Assembly: GCA_965112155.1 (NCBI GenBank)
Contig: OZ218101.1
Strand: one strand, 5' to 3'
Length of the DNA stretch: 64,000 nt
Source of the DNA: Podarcis liolepis
Lineage: Eukaryota
In this document: positions 1-12,100 of the stretch, piece after piece
How positions within the stretch are numbered: the stretch's first letter is position 1
How the letters are laid out: every line of letters begins with the position of its first letter
Program-made: the position numbers and the translations under genes
Notes under the pieces: model-generated
What the model saw: only the letters and a program-made list of their open reading frames with translations
Database searches by the model: none
Told to the model about the DNA's origin: nothing

Positions 1-510
1 GTAAGTAGGGGGCAATTAGGGAACATGGCATTACAGCAAATGTTGGGCAAAGTGTTCTCTGCCATTGAATTATTCCTTAAACAGAATCTGTTTTGGGAAA
101 TGCTGAAACCGCTCTAAATGAAAATAACAAGCTGTGGTGAAGCATTAGCAATAGCTTAACAGTTGCTACTTTAAAAAAGAAAAGAAAAGATATCAACAGC
201 ATCTATTGTCGACTTGTATTGACTTTGTTTCTAAAAATGGGGATAGTATTATTTCCCTTTATTTATTTATTGAATTTATATCCCACTCCTCCCTGAGGAT
301 ATATTCAGCATTTGCCAAACTGGATTACCCCATGTTGCCTTGGCATGTTTTGCAGTGAGTCATATGGTAAGTTTCTCTTGCACAGCCATCCTTCAAGAGA
401 CCTCTGGGCATGACTTTTTGTTTGTACTCTTTGTTGAACCAAAGTTGAAATAACAGTCAAGGGAAATGCCCAAGTATTGCCTGGTTCCAAATAATTGTAA
501 CCTGGTTTAC

Positions 511-591
511 CTCGTAGGTGTCCTTGTTTGACTTGTATTTTTCTATCCGACACCAATGGTTCATGTACACATTATCGGGAGCTTCTGTCTT
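511..591 (-). CDS. HUNK: HUNK coding exon 8 (81 nt)
   Basis: ccttccag|AAG ACA GAA = KTEAPDNVYMNHWCRIEKYKSNKDTYE|gtaaac, phase 0-0. Aligns to recalled human KSDIQDSLCYKTRLYQIEKYRAPKESYE (IEKY and YE conserved). Confidence 0.88.
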
Positions 592-3073
592 CTGGAAGGA
601 TAAATAATAATCGTAAGGTATTTGTGGGGAGAATTAGAGCACAGATTAGTTCAAATACTTGTTTAAAATAATTGCAATCACTACTTCCACTCTAAATATT
701 GGGGTGGCCAGACTGGAATCTACTGGTGGGTAGGTAGGTGATTTGCATAGTTTGGCAAGTTCTGGGTTAAGAGCATCAACATCTAAAAGGCTTCCTCCCT
801 ATTCTAAATTAGGCTGCTGAAATAAAGAATGACTCATAAAAAGCCAAGAGTGGAGTTTTGACCTGGGCTGAGCATGTGGTTAGTACTACTTTGCGTTCTG
901 AAAATATGTCCTTTCCCAGAGTCACTATTTTGCACCTGGTTCCTCCTCCTCAGGACATTAGTGGGGGAAAATCAAGTAGATCCCACAAGCCTGAAGTCTG
1001 CCCTCCTCAGTTATTATTTGACAGTATAGTCTAACAAAATTACAATCTTGTAGTTGTCTAGTAACAGGTTAAGTCCAAATAACCATGGTAGGTAAACGGG
1101 TATAGGACTGTAGCCTCTATCTCACAATTATTTTACTTCAGAAATTGCTGTAAATAAATAGTCAGCTATACATCTTCTTAACATGCTTCCCTCCCAAATA
1201 TAATCATAACCAGGGATGCATTTAACAATTCTTGTTACTCACAAAAATAATCACCTTCAGGTAAAACGGAAACCAATCAGATGTTGGTAAACAAGCACTA
1301 ACCATGGGAATTAAATTATTTAAAAAATGCAACCAGTTTCCTTGATGCCTGAACTGGAAAGCCTCTAGGGCGTCCAAATTCTCTTTTAAACAAGAAACAC
1401 CCAAAAGGCAGAGGGCTTACAAGCAACTTCCTCATTAACTGCACCTCTACCTACTTTAACAGAAAAAGAGTCAACCATCATGTAGCTCAAAAGGACAGGC
1501 TAACAATTCCTTCCTGATAATCTTTTATATAGCTCTGAGGTAGCACTGCTGGGAGTTTGGACTTTTCAAAGAAGAGAGAGATAACAGAGGAAAGTGCTCT
1601 TCATTATTGATGGAACCTTCCTCGTATGGAAGAGGATAAAGACTGGGCCCTCTCAAAGTGTGTCACAGGTGACAGCTACAATCCATTTCTTTAATCTAGG
1701 AGTTTCAGATTGAGGTGACAGTAACTGAGTTATTGTGCTGGTGTTCACTGTCTGATAGAAATCTATCATGTTCACAGAAGGCTGGCGAGTGATTTTCTAC
1801 AGGCTCACAAAGCAACCTGGTATCACAGCGAGTTATTAAGATGATAGCTATTTCACTTTGAGCAATGTAACCAGCTTCTGGTACACCAAATTGCTTTTAT
1901 GAACTAGTTCTGATACTTTGGGTGTGATAGCGATGCAGAAGAAAAAAAGATTATTTAAACTGAGATGTTCTGAGGAGAAAATGTAAAAAGGAATGAATCT
2001 AGCAAAAATAAAATCAATATCCCCCCCATGCAACTCTTGCCTATAAGATGACAACATGTGAAGAGCAATTCTAACAAAGAGCCCAGGTAGTGCAGGGCAA
2101 TGGACTCAACAATACATCTGCAGCCCTGCTGGAAGGGTGGAGTGTAGGGTTGTTGTTGTTTATTGTTGTTGTACCAGACCATGTTGGCGCAGCTGAGGGG
2201 CTTGAGGATGGGGACCACTTGTGGATCCTTAGGGCTTTGGATCTAGTTTCGGAGTTTTCTACCTGGCTAGTAGCCGCCTTCTCAGTTAGCAGAGGCCAGA
2301 GGAGACACAAGGACTCACCATTCTAACCACACACACCCCAACAACATTTGGGCTTAGCATTCTGGCCTCAGTACGTTAAACGGCTATATCAGTTAAAAAT
2401 CTGACCAAAAAGTTGCTTCCAAATAATTGTCTTACACACACACACACACACAATTTGTTAGTACAGGTATGACAAAACCTGTGAACGGCAGGTACAATTT
2501 TGAAAAGGTACTCTTCCCCTCCCCTTTTGCACTTAAATTCAAACTTATATCAGTTTTTTAAACTGATTGATCAACTAATACTCTTATGATGAATTAAGGT
2601 TTTTGTTTCCAACATAGGGGACAGCCCCAAAATGATAGTTATTGCTACCTCTAAGAGTAAACTCAGGTGCTGAGTGCCAAAATGACGTGGCCACCGAGAA
2701 ACAAGAGGGCGGTATCAGAAGGCTCCGTGAAACCCTGACATTTGCAGAAATACAAATTACAACTGTTTAAAAAATCTTCTCTCTTTTAACCACCCCCACT
2801 GCCCTTTATAGCCTATAATCTCTTGGAGGACATGGCTACCTGGTTGACAGCAGGGGCATCATTGCCACTTACCTGGATGTTGCGGGAGCAGCAAGTGAAG
2901 TCAAGGCAGTGTGGCAAACTGGCAAGAGTGCCGGGACTGGCTTTGTCGGTGAGCCTGTGCCGTCTGACCTTGCTGCTGCTCTGCCCTGGTAAATGGCAAT
3001 GCTACTGCTGCCGTCGTCGAGAGACTGGGTCTGCCTCCTCACCTCTTACACTGGAGACCCCACTTGTAACTAA

Positions 3074-3724
3074 GGCTGCATACACACTATGCCTTTAAAG
3101 CACATTCAAAGGGCATTTCCCCCCTCAAAGAATTCTGGGTTCTGTAGTTTGCTATGGGTTACTTTGAATTTCAACTGAGAGAGGTAAACTACAGCGTCCA
3201 GAATTCTTTGAACGTAACAAACTGTGGAAGATTGGCAGATGAAGATGATGGATTTTTCGGAGCTAGCCGATCTGACTGGAAGAGTCCGCGACCAGAAGGA
3301 GGGGGATTACCAGGAGGAATGGATGAAATTTAAAGACTATTTAGTTAAATATATTAAGTTAAATTAATTGGGAAAGCTTGCAAATACCAGATAGGCTTAG
3401 GATCTAAATATGTAATGTGATAAATTAATATGTTGAAATGCCGAATGAGAATGAAAGAAAGATGTTAAGTGATTAAGTTAATTATACAAGAATATTGGTT
3501 TTGTAAAACCGTTAAAATGATATACACTGAAATTCAACCAGGGAGATACAAGGAAGTCATTTAACAATGTCAATAAGATTGGTTTAAATAAGGTTATGAT
3601 TTATGTTTGTTTGTTTGTTTGTTCATTTGTTTAAAAATTTCTGGAAAATCAATAAAAAACTTTTTTAAAAAAAGAAGGTAACAAATGTGCTTCGAACATG
3701 CTTTAAAGGCATAGTGTGTATGCA
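3074..3724. mobile_element. Foldback MITE (possibly PIF/Harbinger-type) interrupted by the L1
   Basis: TGCATACACACTATGCCTTTAAAGCA (from 3077) is the exact reverse complement of TGCTTTAAAGGCATAGTGTGTATGCA (ending 3724). Inner inverted pair AAAGAATTCTGG/CCAGAATTCTTT; preceded by TAA. Confidence 0.8.
3222..3673 (+). mobile_element. 5'-truncated L1-clade LINE (ORF2 C-terminus, 3' UTR, A-tail) with target-site duplication (TSD)
   Basis: Open frame TVEDWQMKMMDFSELADLTGRVRDQKEGDYQEEWMKFKDYLVKYIKLN* (stop 3365-3367), typical of squamate L1 ORF2 ends. AATAAA at about 3651 then an A-rich tail; TSD GAA[C/G]GTAACAAA at 3210-3221 and 3674-3685. Confidence 0.85.
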
Positions 3725-4788
3725 ATTTACCTAACTTAGCAAAGCAGTCCCTATATTAAGGGGAAATTCATACTTTTGTTGTATATGCATCGTCAAAGCA
3801 ACAATCAGTGGCGGATCATAAAATCTCTGTCCCACCACCATGAAACTTCCCCCTGATGTCCATGGGAATTCTATGCAGGAAGTGAATGCAAAGAATGGAA
3901 CAGATATATGTCCTCAAGGAAAACAAATAATAAAGATTTATTGCATGAGGTCATAGGCGAGAACTGTTTTGTTTAAGTGGCTTGTGCTGAGAGCTAAAAG
4001 GGCACACAAAGGTCAAGAAATGCTCTACAGGCTTTTACTTTCCAGTGCCACTTTTAAAAATAACAAATAAACTAAAATCACTAGGTTGCTTTGACTTGCT
4101 CCCAACTCACAGAGCACATCGTTTTACTCCTTGCTCTTACTTCCTGCATTTTAAGGACAGTTTTAAAATAGAGCTACGCCTTTGCTATAATAATAAAGAC
4201 ACTATAATGCTACGAGAACCTGCTTGGAGTGAGCTCTTTCTCCAAGGTTATAAAATTAAACTCTTCTCTGCTGCAAAATTAATGCATGGTGTGTTGTCTC
4301 CTTAAAGAAAAATATACACACGATTCCTCCTAACTTTTAATACATCATTAAATAGTTTACCATGCAGATTTTCTTCTGATTGAATTAACTTCCTTGCAAA
4401 TGTCCAGGTGACGAACCATCATCAGTCAAGTATCTATCTTTCAGTTTAGCCCTCACTAGAAACGAGGACTCCAGCCTGTTATCATTGCTCCTGCGCATGT
4501 GCACTGGCCAGCCATGCCTTCATTCTGGATACTCCATTCTATACCCCCCCAGTCATCTGGTCCTCCCTGTACCCCACAACAGACACTCCATATTCTGTGG
4601 CCATTGGGGTTTTCTTCTTTTTTGTGGGAAGGGTCCCCTTAAGTTTTTTAAAATCTACTTTTGCAAATCTTGAGGTTCCCCAGAATGAGCTGGTAAGCTC
4701 CCTCTTGTTTTTCAGTAGCCCCATTTTGACTACACTGACTTCAGAACTCAGCACCTGAGTTCAAGTCTTGGGGAATGGTCATTCAAGC

Positions 4789-4789
<1 letters not shown>

Positions 4790-4838
<49 letters not shown>

Positions 4839-4993
4839 TGCCCTAAACCCAGGGGTCTCAGGGCGGTTCACAGAATAAAATCACGATATAAAACCATAAA
4901 ATACTTAATAAAAATAAAAACAACCCAATAGCCCCTCAACACAAAAAACCCCACATTTTAAAAGGGCATAGGATATAAATCGTATCAACCAAA
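4790..4993 (-). mobile_element. L2-like LINE 3' end with (ATT)n tail
   Basis: About 15 ATT units, then CTCAGGGCGGTTCACA and an A-rich segment that resembles the L2 3' end at about 43810-43890. Confidence 0.7.
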
Positions 4994-4998
4994 CTTAC

Positions 4999-5167
4999 TC
5001 TAAGGCCTGCCAAATAGCGTTCCAGCTTCTTATTAAGCAGGATGTAGATGGCCAAAGTGTGGCAAGCCCGGTTGGAGAGGACGGTATTGATGACATCACT
5101 GTTCTTATAGCCAAGCTTTTCAGTCATGTAGAGCAGCACACTCTGGCTGATGTCTTCTATGTGGATT
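4999..5167 (-). CDS. HUNK: HUNK coding exon 7 (169 nt): UBA-like/SNH region
   Basis: tag|A ATC CAC = (R)IHIEDISQSVLLYMTEKLGYKNSDVINTVLSNRACHTLAIYILLNKKLERYLAGLR; donor AGA|gtaagt, phase 0. Confidence 0.96.
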
Positions 5168-6152
5168 CTACATGAAGAGAAAAGGGAAGGGGTTATTTTC
5201 CCCCTCCATCTTCCAGGGAGAGCGTCACCAGGGAGAGGTGACAACAGACATGCTATATAAACCTTAATGGCCACCATGTAACAAGAACTATGTACTGTTT
5301 TAACCAAACTGATGATAACAAAGTTGTTGAGACAAAATACTTTTTGTTAGTTTTAAATTCTGCACACACTTTGTTAAAATAATGTGCATATAAAATAGCG
5401 CTAGAAATGTTTTTTAAAAAACATTATCTAGTTACAACACAAATAAAAAGAAATAAATACTTATATGCAACTATTTTGAGGGGAAATGTTTCTGTAGCTT
5501 GCATCTTCCCCTCATATTTTTCTGCTGTCCCTTCTCATTGCTTCAGAATACCCGCAAGACCAATAAAGGTGCTAAATAGTAAGCATAAGCACTATATATA
5601 ATGTTTAGTGCCCTAGAAATAGCACATCAAGAATGACAGCCTCCCTGGGAACCTATATTTGATTTGTTATCACTTTGGGCCAAATTCAAAGTGATGTTAA
5701 ATGTTCCTTTGCATTTAACACACATGTGGGTGTTTGTTTGTTTTGTTTAAATGCAAATAGCACCCACTGTGGAAGCTGGTAATTATAAGGATCACAGCAG
5801 ATGGAGTGGGGTTTAATCCTTTCCTTCCTCTGCTCCAGCCCCGATGAAGATGGCTTCTCCAAAGCGGACATTTGCAAAGAGAAGGAAGTTCCCATTGGCA
5901 CCACAAGACGTGGTGATACACAGTGGTTTACATGGAACTATAAAAGGCAATTAGATCAATTCATGAAATATCAGTAATTACTAAATGGAACACCCTCGTA
6001 GAAAGGCAGATGACCTCTGGATACCAGTTGCTAAAGGTCAAACATCATTGTTTGGAGATACCTAGAAGCATTTGACTGGCTGCTGTTGGAAACAAAGACA
6101 ATGGACAGGAGGAAACTTCAGTCTGCAATCCTAAACACACTTGCCTGGGAGT

Positions 6153-6323
6153 CACTGGCGGAGGAAGGGGGATGCGGGGGGTGGGATGCGGTCCGCCCCG
6201 GGTGTCATCCTTGAGGGGAGGGGTGACATCACCCCCTGCCCCCGGGTGCACAGCATGTGCACTGCTCTAGGTGCTAGAGCAGCTGCTGGGAGTAAGCCCC
6301 ACTGAAGTAAGCTCCCACCTCTG
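6153..6323. mobile_element. Non-autonomous hAT-type MITE with 8-bp TSD
   Basis: TSD CTGGGAGT at 6145-6152 and 6324-6331; degenerate termini CACTGGCGGAG and CTCCCACCTCTG. The left arm is the reverse complement of the arm at 62205-62274. Confidence 0.7.
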
Positions 6324-6719
6324 CTGGGAGTAAGCCCCAATGAATTCAGAGGTGCTTATTTTTCAGTAGACATGGACTGGATTGTGCTGTTAAAATGATC
6401 AATAGGGCCCTTAGGTTATAACGTTAGTTCAATGACTCATCTGCTTCACACATTTTGCCTGCCGTTCAACATAACACACAAAAACAAAGATACACACCCT
6501 GGCTAAGGACTGCTTGAATATTTTACAATTTTCTTACATGGAAAACAGTTCCACATTGGAAAATGCTTGAAAACCAAGCTGGGCCAACACATTTGATTGG
6601 TGCATATTCTGACTGCATTTGTGCTTACGCAATGAAATAGATTTATGTGTGATCATCATGGGTGACAATCTACATACACTATTCGCTTTTTCTTCCTATC
6701 TGCAAGAATGAATGAATCC

Positions 6720-7060
6720 ATTTATTTCAGTCACTGACCAGAGTGTAACATATACAACACCAGAGAGCATACAGACATAAATAGATAAAATTAAGCTTTA
6801 TGATAATAGACAATAAATAATTCAGATATAAAACAGGTAAAATATATAAGTCAAAACCTTAATCACTAATTTAAAATGTATTAAGTCTTTGGCCATTTGA
6901 TTCTCTCAAAGTTTGTCTCCTTAATTTTATAGCAGCAGCAGCAGCAGCAGCAGCACAGAATTTAGCCACTTTTAAGGTAATCTCTGGTTCCCTTTCCTCT
7001 ATTAAGTATTTTAAGTAATTCCTATCTGCAAGAGATATACTGTGTAGAAAACTCATAACA
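6720..7060 (-). mobile_element. LINE 3' fragment, RTE-X-like
   Basis: C-terminal frame ...YLIEEREPEITLKVAKFCAAAAAAAAIKLRR and 3' end CTGGTCAGTGACTGAAATAAA. Family assignment is from recalled consensus features. Confidence 0.55.
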
Positions 7061-7974
7061 TCTAAAGTGCCCCGGAGAACAGGCAGTGGAACAACAATGT
7101 TTCAACAATGATTTATTTCATCCTCTGATGCACCTACTAAAGCAGCCATTTCTCTCTTGCAGTTTGCACACTTTGCGAACTTTTGTTGGTTAGAAGCAGC
7201 CAGCCCATGAATTTATTGGGTGGCCACAATAAGACTTATATCCATCACATAAAATCTGCAGTAGATGCTCAGAAAGGTACCAGCCTCCTCTGCTGTATTA
7301 ATATCCATCCATGTGTTACATAACCCTCATTACCATAGTAACTAGCACCTCACAATGATTAAAGGTTTTTATCCTCACAAACCCCTTTTTGAGGTTGGGA
7401 AATATAATCCTCCGCACTACAGGGCTGGGACAAAGGCACTGGGGAAGCAACACGACTTTGCGCAAGGTTTCACCAGAGATCTGGGGCTGATCCAGGAATT
7501 GGTCCTAGCAACCCTAAAACCATTGCAGAATACTAATCTTGCTCCCTGCTGCTGAGGAAATATCAGAGACTGAAAAGAATCAAAAGTGAGAGCTGGCACA
7601 GTAAAGCAAATAAGGGGCGAGAACTGAAAGCCAGACAGTAGCAGGCAGTGGGAAGGTGCAAGCAGGGCAGTGTTGTTCACCTGCCTTCCCATCACTGCTG
7701 GTTCCTGAGAGCAAAAGGAGGAGGGGAAGGGAGCCTGGATGGCAGAGCCAGTCTGATGCACCTGCCAACACACCTGCAGTGCGCTGAGCTCCCCATGCAC
7801 CACCCGTTTCAGGAACCTGCAGTGATGCTCACGATGTGATGGCAGGTGAGCAACATACCCCTGTCTGTGCTACCCTGCCAAACACTATTGGAGCCAGAGA
7901 GTCCTCAATCCAAATTTCCCTGCAGCTGCAGACCTACTACATTGATGCAAAAGGACTCATGCTCAGCCTTTAAC

Positions 7975-8068
7975 TTAGAATCTTAGCGTTGGAAGGGACC
8001 CAAGGGTCATCTCGTCCAACCCCCTGAAATGCAGGAATCTCAGCTAAAGCATCCATGACAGATGGCTT
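7975..8068 (-). mobile_element. CR1 LINE 3' end fragment
   Basis: AGAATCTTAGCGTTGGAAGGGACCCAAGGGTCATCTCGTCCAACCCCCTG, same pattern as the CR1 tail at 31431. Confidence 0.75.
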
Positions 8069-8474
8069 AACCACTTAACCAGTATATAGTCCATTGTTTT
8101 GATTTCTTTTTCCTGCAAATGTTTTATGTTGCTGTTCCTCATCCAGATCGAAGGTACTCTTGTACCCAAGTATTTTTGTTCTGGGAGGGTGGTAATGGTA
8201 GAACGGCAGAATTTCAAAGTCATTCTTGGTCATGACTGGTGTTCTGGGAACTACAGTTCTTAGGGGCAAATAAAACTCACGTGCTTGCCATCATCGCAGT
8301 ACACGTACCAACATTTCAAAACAGGAGAGATCTCTTGGACAACAGAGACAAGCTTTTCTCGAAAATTCTCCAGGCTCATAAATGCCAGCTAATTCAGAAG
8401 TGAGCCAAGGGGAATTCACCCATCATTAGGGCTTATGCTGAATTTTGCAGGATCAGAGTGTGAGAGATAACATT

Positions 8475-8480
<6 letters not shown>

Positions 8481-8517
<37 letters not shown>
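8481..8517. repeat. (CA)n microsatellite
   Basis: About 18 perfect CA units. Confidence 0.97.
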
Positions 8518-8519
<2 letters not shown>

Positions 8520-8622
8520 CTCCTCTGGCTCACTCAATCAGCCCTTCCTCATTCAAGCAACCCTAATGACTTCAGTGGAACTTTATCATGTTGGTAAAAC
8601 AGCATTATCTTGCACAGTTTAC

Positions 8623-8752
8623 CTGTTTGGATATGTGACATTATTCAGAACTTTTCCATTCTCATTAAGCCAACGATTCGCTAAGGCTTGTTGGATGTTT
8701 GGCCTCTTTGTAGGATCTGGCTCTAGCAGAGATCGTAGGAAGTTTACAGCCG
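8623..8752 (-). CDS. HUNK: HUNK coding exon 6 (130 nt): end of kinase domain
   Basis: ctttccag|CG GCT GTA = (A)AVNFLRSLLEPDPTKRPNIQQALANRWLNENGKVLNNVTYPN(R); donor AG|gtaaac. Confidence 0.96.
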
Positions 8753-8997
8753 CTGGAAAGACATTAAGAGGGGGGGGGGGAAGTGTCACATGTTTTGCAA
8801 ATCCTTTTTGTAGATGATTAATTACAAGAAAGCAACTTAAGCAAAAACGTATCAGCTATTACCCCAAACGTAACATGAATGGTATTCAGTATGAATTAGA
8901 AAAGCACATGGTTTCCAAATGGAAGACACATCACCTCTAGAAACCTGCAAATATGGGCTGTATATTTTACAGAAATAGTGTAAATAGCTCTAAGACT

Positions 8998-9145
8998 ACA
9001 TCATATGAAGCTACCTTAAACTGAGTTAGACCACTGGACTATATAGCCCAGTACTGTCTACTCCGACTGGCAGCATCACTCCAGGGTCTCAGGCTTTCCT
9101 TATCACCAGAACCTTTTAACTGGAGATTGCAGGGTTGATCCTGGT
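8998..9145 (-). mobile_element. Degenerate tRNA-derived SINE with CR1-like tail (Anolis SINE2/Squam2-like, name tentative)
   Basis: CATATGAAGCTACCTTAAACTGAGTTAGACCACTGG...CTGGCAGC...CCAGGGTCTCAGG...CTGGAGAT. Related copies at about 18560-18757, 15765-15848 and 29340-29412. Confidence 0.6.
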
Positions 9146-12100
9146 AAACTGACATGCACTTTATACATGACAAAAGTAAGCATTATGGAATCAAATCAGA
9201 TGTGTCATGAACAAACTGAGATTGGCTAAAGAAGTCCATTATAGTGATCCCTTCAGTAGGTAAGACAGATATAACAAAACAATATCTGATATACTATTCA
9301 CAACTTATAAAGAACATGTACTACAAATTATAATTTTAGCCAGTTTAATGCTGCAAAGATTTTGTGAAGTAGTTCACAGTAATTATAATGTGTACATGAG
9401 GAACAAGGCTTTGTTCTACATTACCCCTTTAAATACTTAAACAAATAAATTAATTAAACACACTTATGGTTGCAGCCCTGATGAATCTGGTTTCTAACTC
9501 CTATTGAAATAATGGCAGTTACTTCTGTGTGGTTTCATCAGCCTGATTTATGCCAAGAACAGCTCTTGTGTTTATACAAACTGCTCACACCATCAGTACA
9601 TTGTCAGCTTTAAGCATGGTAATTTATTTCAAATGTTTTTAAATTAAATGTATGTTTATATATGCCTAAGCTTAAATCAAGAGTCTGACACTTTCTTCTG
9701 TGATTTAAAGGAGGGTCACAAAGCCCAATCTTAAAAGGGTCATGTGCCTTTTTAAGTTAGGAGGCTTTAAAAAAAAAAAGAAAGGGGGAAAAACCCAAGT
9801 TGGTATCTGAGCTACAGAAAGGCTCAGTAGTACAAAACCGAAGACTGTGATCTCTAAATCCAGTGGGATAAATCTTGCTCTCTGACTGTATAATTAAATG
9901 TGTGCGCCACAAGAAATTAATGAGGCTTTGCACTCAGCATAATAACTAATTTCTGCTTTGCATGTCACTTGTACCAAAACAGCCGTCACATGCAACTGTA
10001 TTGAGTGGCCCATCTGGTGCATTCTCTAGTGACTACAGGAAACATTTGGAGAGTGTGCCAAAATAATCTTGGATGAGTTCCACAACAAGTGCTTGGAAAA
10101 CGTGACCACAGCAATACTCCCCCCCCCTTTTTTTGCTATAAAGAACATCAATCCAACTAAAAGTGCCAGATTCCATGTATTTCTGCACCTCACGTGTAAA
10201 GAGAGCTGTTCACAAGGAAGATTCGCAGCAGCCTAAACAGACTGTGATTTTTCCTTTACTAAAGAGAAGATAAGTTTGCCTTTAAAAGGCTACCATCTTC
10301 ATTCAGCCACATTGTCATCCAACCTTCTCAGCACTATGCTAGGGCATTCCCTTAGCCATATTCACACCAGGCAATGATGTCACGCACTTTCCACATGAAG
10401 CCAGGAAAAGGAAATACATGTTCCACAACAAATCAGGGTGCCAGGAAGAGAGAAAAAATAAAATAAAAGGCTTGTCCAATAAATCAGGATTGGGTGGTAT
10501 CTAATCAGAGCAACAACAGATTTTTACAACATATAATCTGAACTAAACATTTTGTAAGAATATTACTTTTGCTTCACTGGGCCTGGAATTTAAGGCATTT
10601 ATTACATCAGAGATTTATGTGACCTGAAAATAATTCATGTTGGTAGGGTTTTTTTGGGGTGGCGGCGGCGGAGGGGGGGGAATGAAGAGGTGACTGTGTG
10701 TGACATGGGGGGCAGCAAGATCTTGATTCCTTTCTCCCTGTAAGGCACCAAAGGGGAGAGGTCTGAAACCAGGATCTCCAGCAGCCAATACCAGTACTTC
10801 CCACATCACAAGTGCTCTTGATCTTCAGAAGGCCAGGATGTTTAGAACAAGGAAAAGGGTGTCCTCTAGGCTCCATCTCCTGCCTGAAAAGAGCCAGGCA
10901 AGCCAACTGGGTCACACCATAAGACCTTGCAGCCATGTCAGACCACCAGTTTGCGTGACTTGTCTTAAGCATGCCTATTCTGCCTACTCTCCTGCTTTGC
11001 TTTTTCTTGACTGCCACAGACTGTGACCCTTGTCTGCTGTTGACCTTGTGCCTGCTTCTACCCTCTCCACCCCTCTATTATTGCCTTGGAACTCACCTTT
11101 CTGTTTTGCTCTGGCTCAATACTTACTTCTTGATCTTTGATCCATGTCCACTTAACTTGCCAGTGACCACCATGCCAATTGTCCCTGGTCTGTTGGTCCT
11201 CATATGCCTAATCTGGTGCCTGACCTCCTGTTGTACCTAATGCATTTCTGCTCCTTGTCTACCCATGCTCATATGGAACCACAGGTGCATCCTGTCCTGG
11301 AGCTAGGAAGAAGACTGACAATCCCCTTTCTTCCTGTCGTAATAAATCCCAGCTTCCCCTCCCCTTATGATCTTTTTGACAGTGAAAGGGCAAGGTCTCC
11401 TCACTACTTAAAGGGAAGGGGGGGGTGGAACTGAAAGAAACTGGATCCAGAGGATGCATGACAGGATATTTCTCTGGCAGACTGAAGGCTACACACCTGC
11501 ACAATCTTCAGACCTTACAGAATTTTAGGAGCTGGAAGAGAATGCAAAACACACCCATCTTGCATCAGATGTGAAGTGCACATGAATGTGTTTTGAGTCA
11601 CTCATATGCATTTTAAAGGGGCAACCAGCAAAAATATGTGTGTGAATTTCACATGAGATGCAGGGCCTATGTGTTCTGTACCAGTATCCTACTCAAGAAG
11701 AGAACTTTGTCATATGAGTAAGACTTAAGAATGTCCCACACACTGTGTGTGTGTGTGTTTTTTTTAGTTTAGTTTCAGGTGTCACTTAGCTTCAGACGCT
11801 CAAGTTAACTGACCCAGAGCAAGGCAGGGAAGCGAAAGTTGGAAACACTTGTTCTATGCTAAACATACAACAGATGTTCAGTCTACCTCTTGAAACCACT
11901 TTGGCAAAATACGGAGCCACTGTTCAGAACCAACTGAATGACTGGCATGCATTTATTAAGCTGCAAGTGTTTCAAGATGGAACCAAACAATCCAGGTCAG
12001 CCTCCTGTTTCGGTGTGCAAAATGGCCAAAGGTCACTTCCTACGCTATGAGTTTTCATTCAGGGGAGTTTTCACTCCTGTGAGCAAAACTGTCATGCAGA

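Noticed and set aside
1848-2057. Possible extra HUNK exon between exons 7 and 8
   Set aside because: Exons 7 and 8 already join in phase and collinearly with the known protein; this frame ends in a stop and lacks a matching acceptor/donor pair.
4936-5307. 123-aa ORF as a standalone gene
   Set aside because: It is HUNK exon 7 plus read-through into the flanking introns.
10699-11320. Possible Gypsy-like solo LTR (TGTGACA...CTGACA, pyrimidine-rich TGACC motifs)
   Set aside because: No convincing TSD or poly(A) signal; boundaries cannot be supported without a repeat search.
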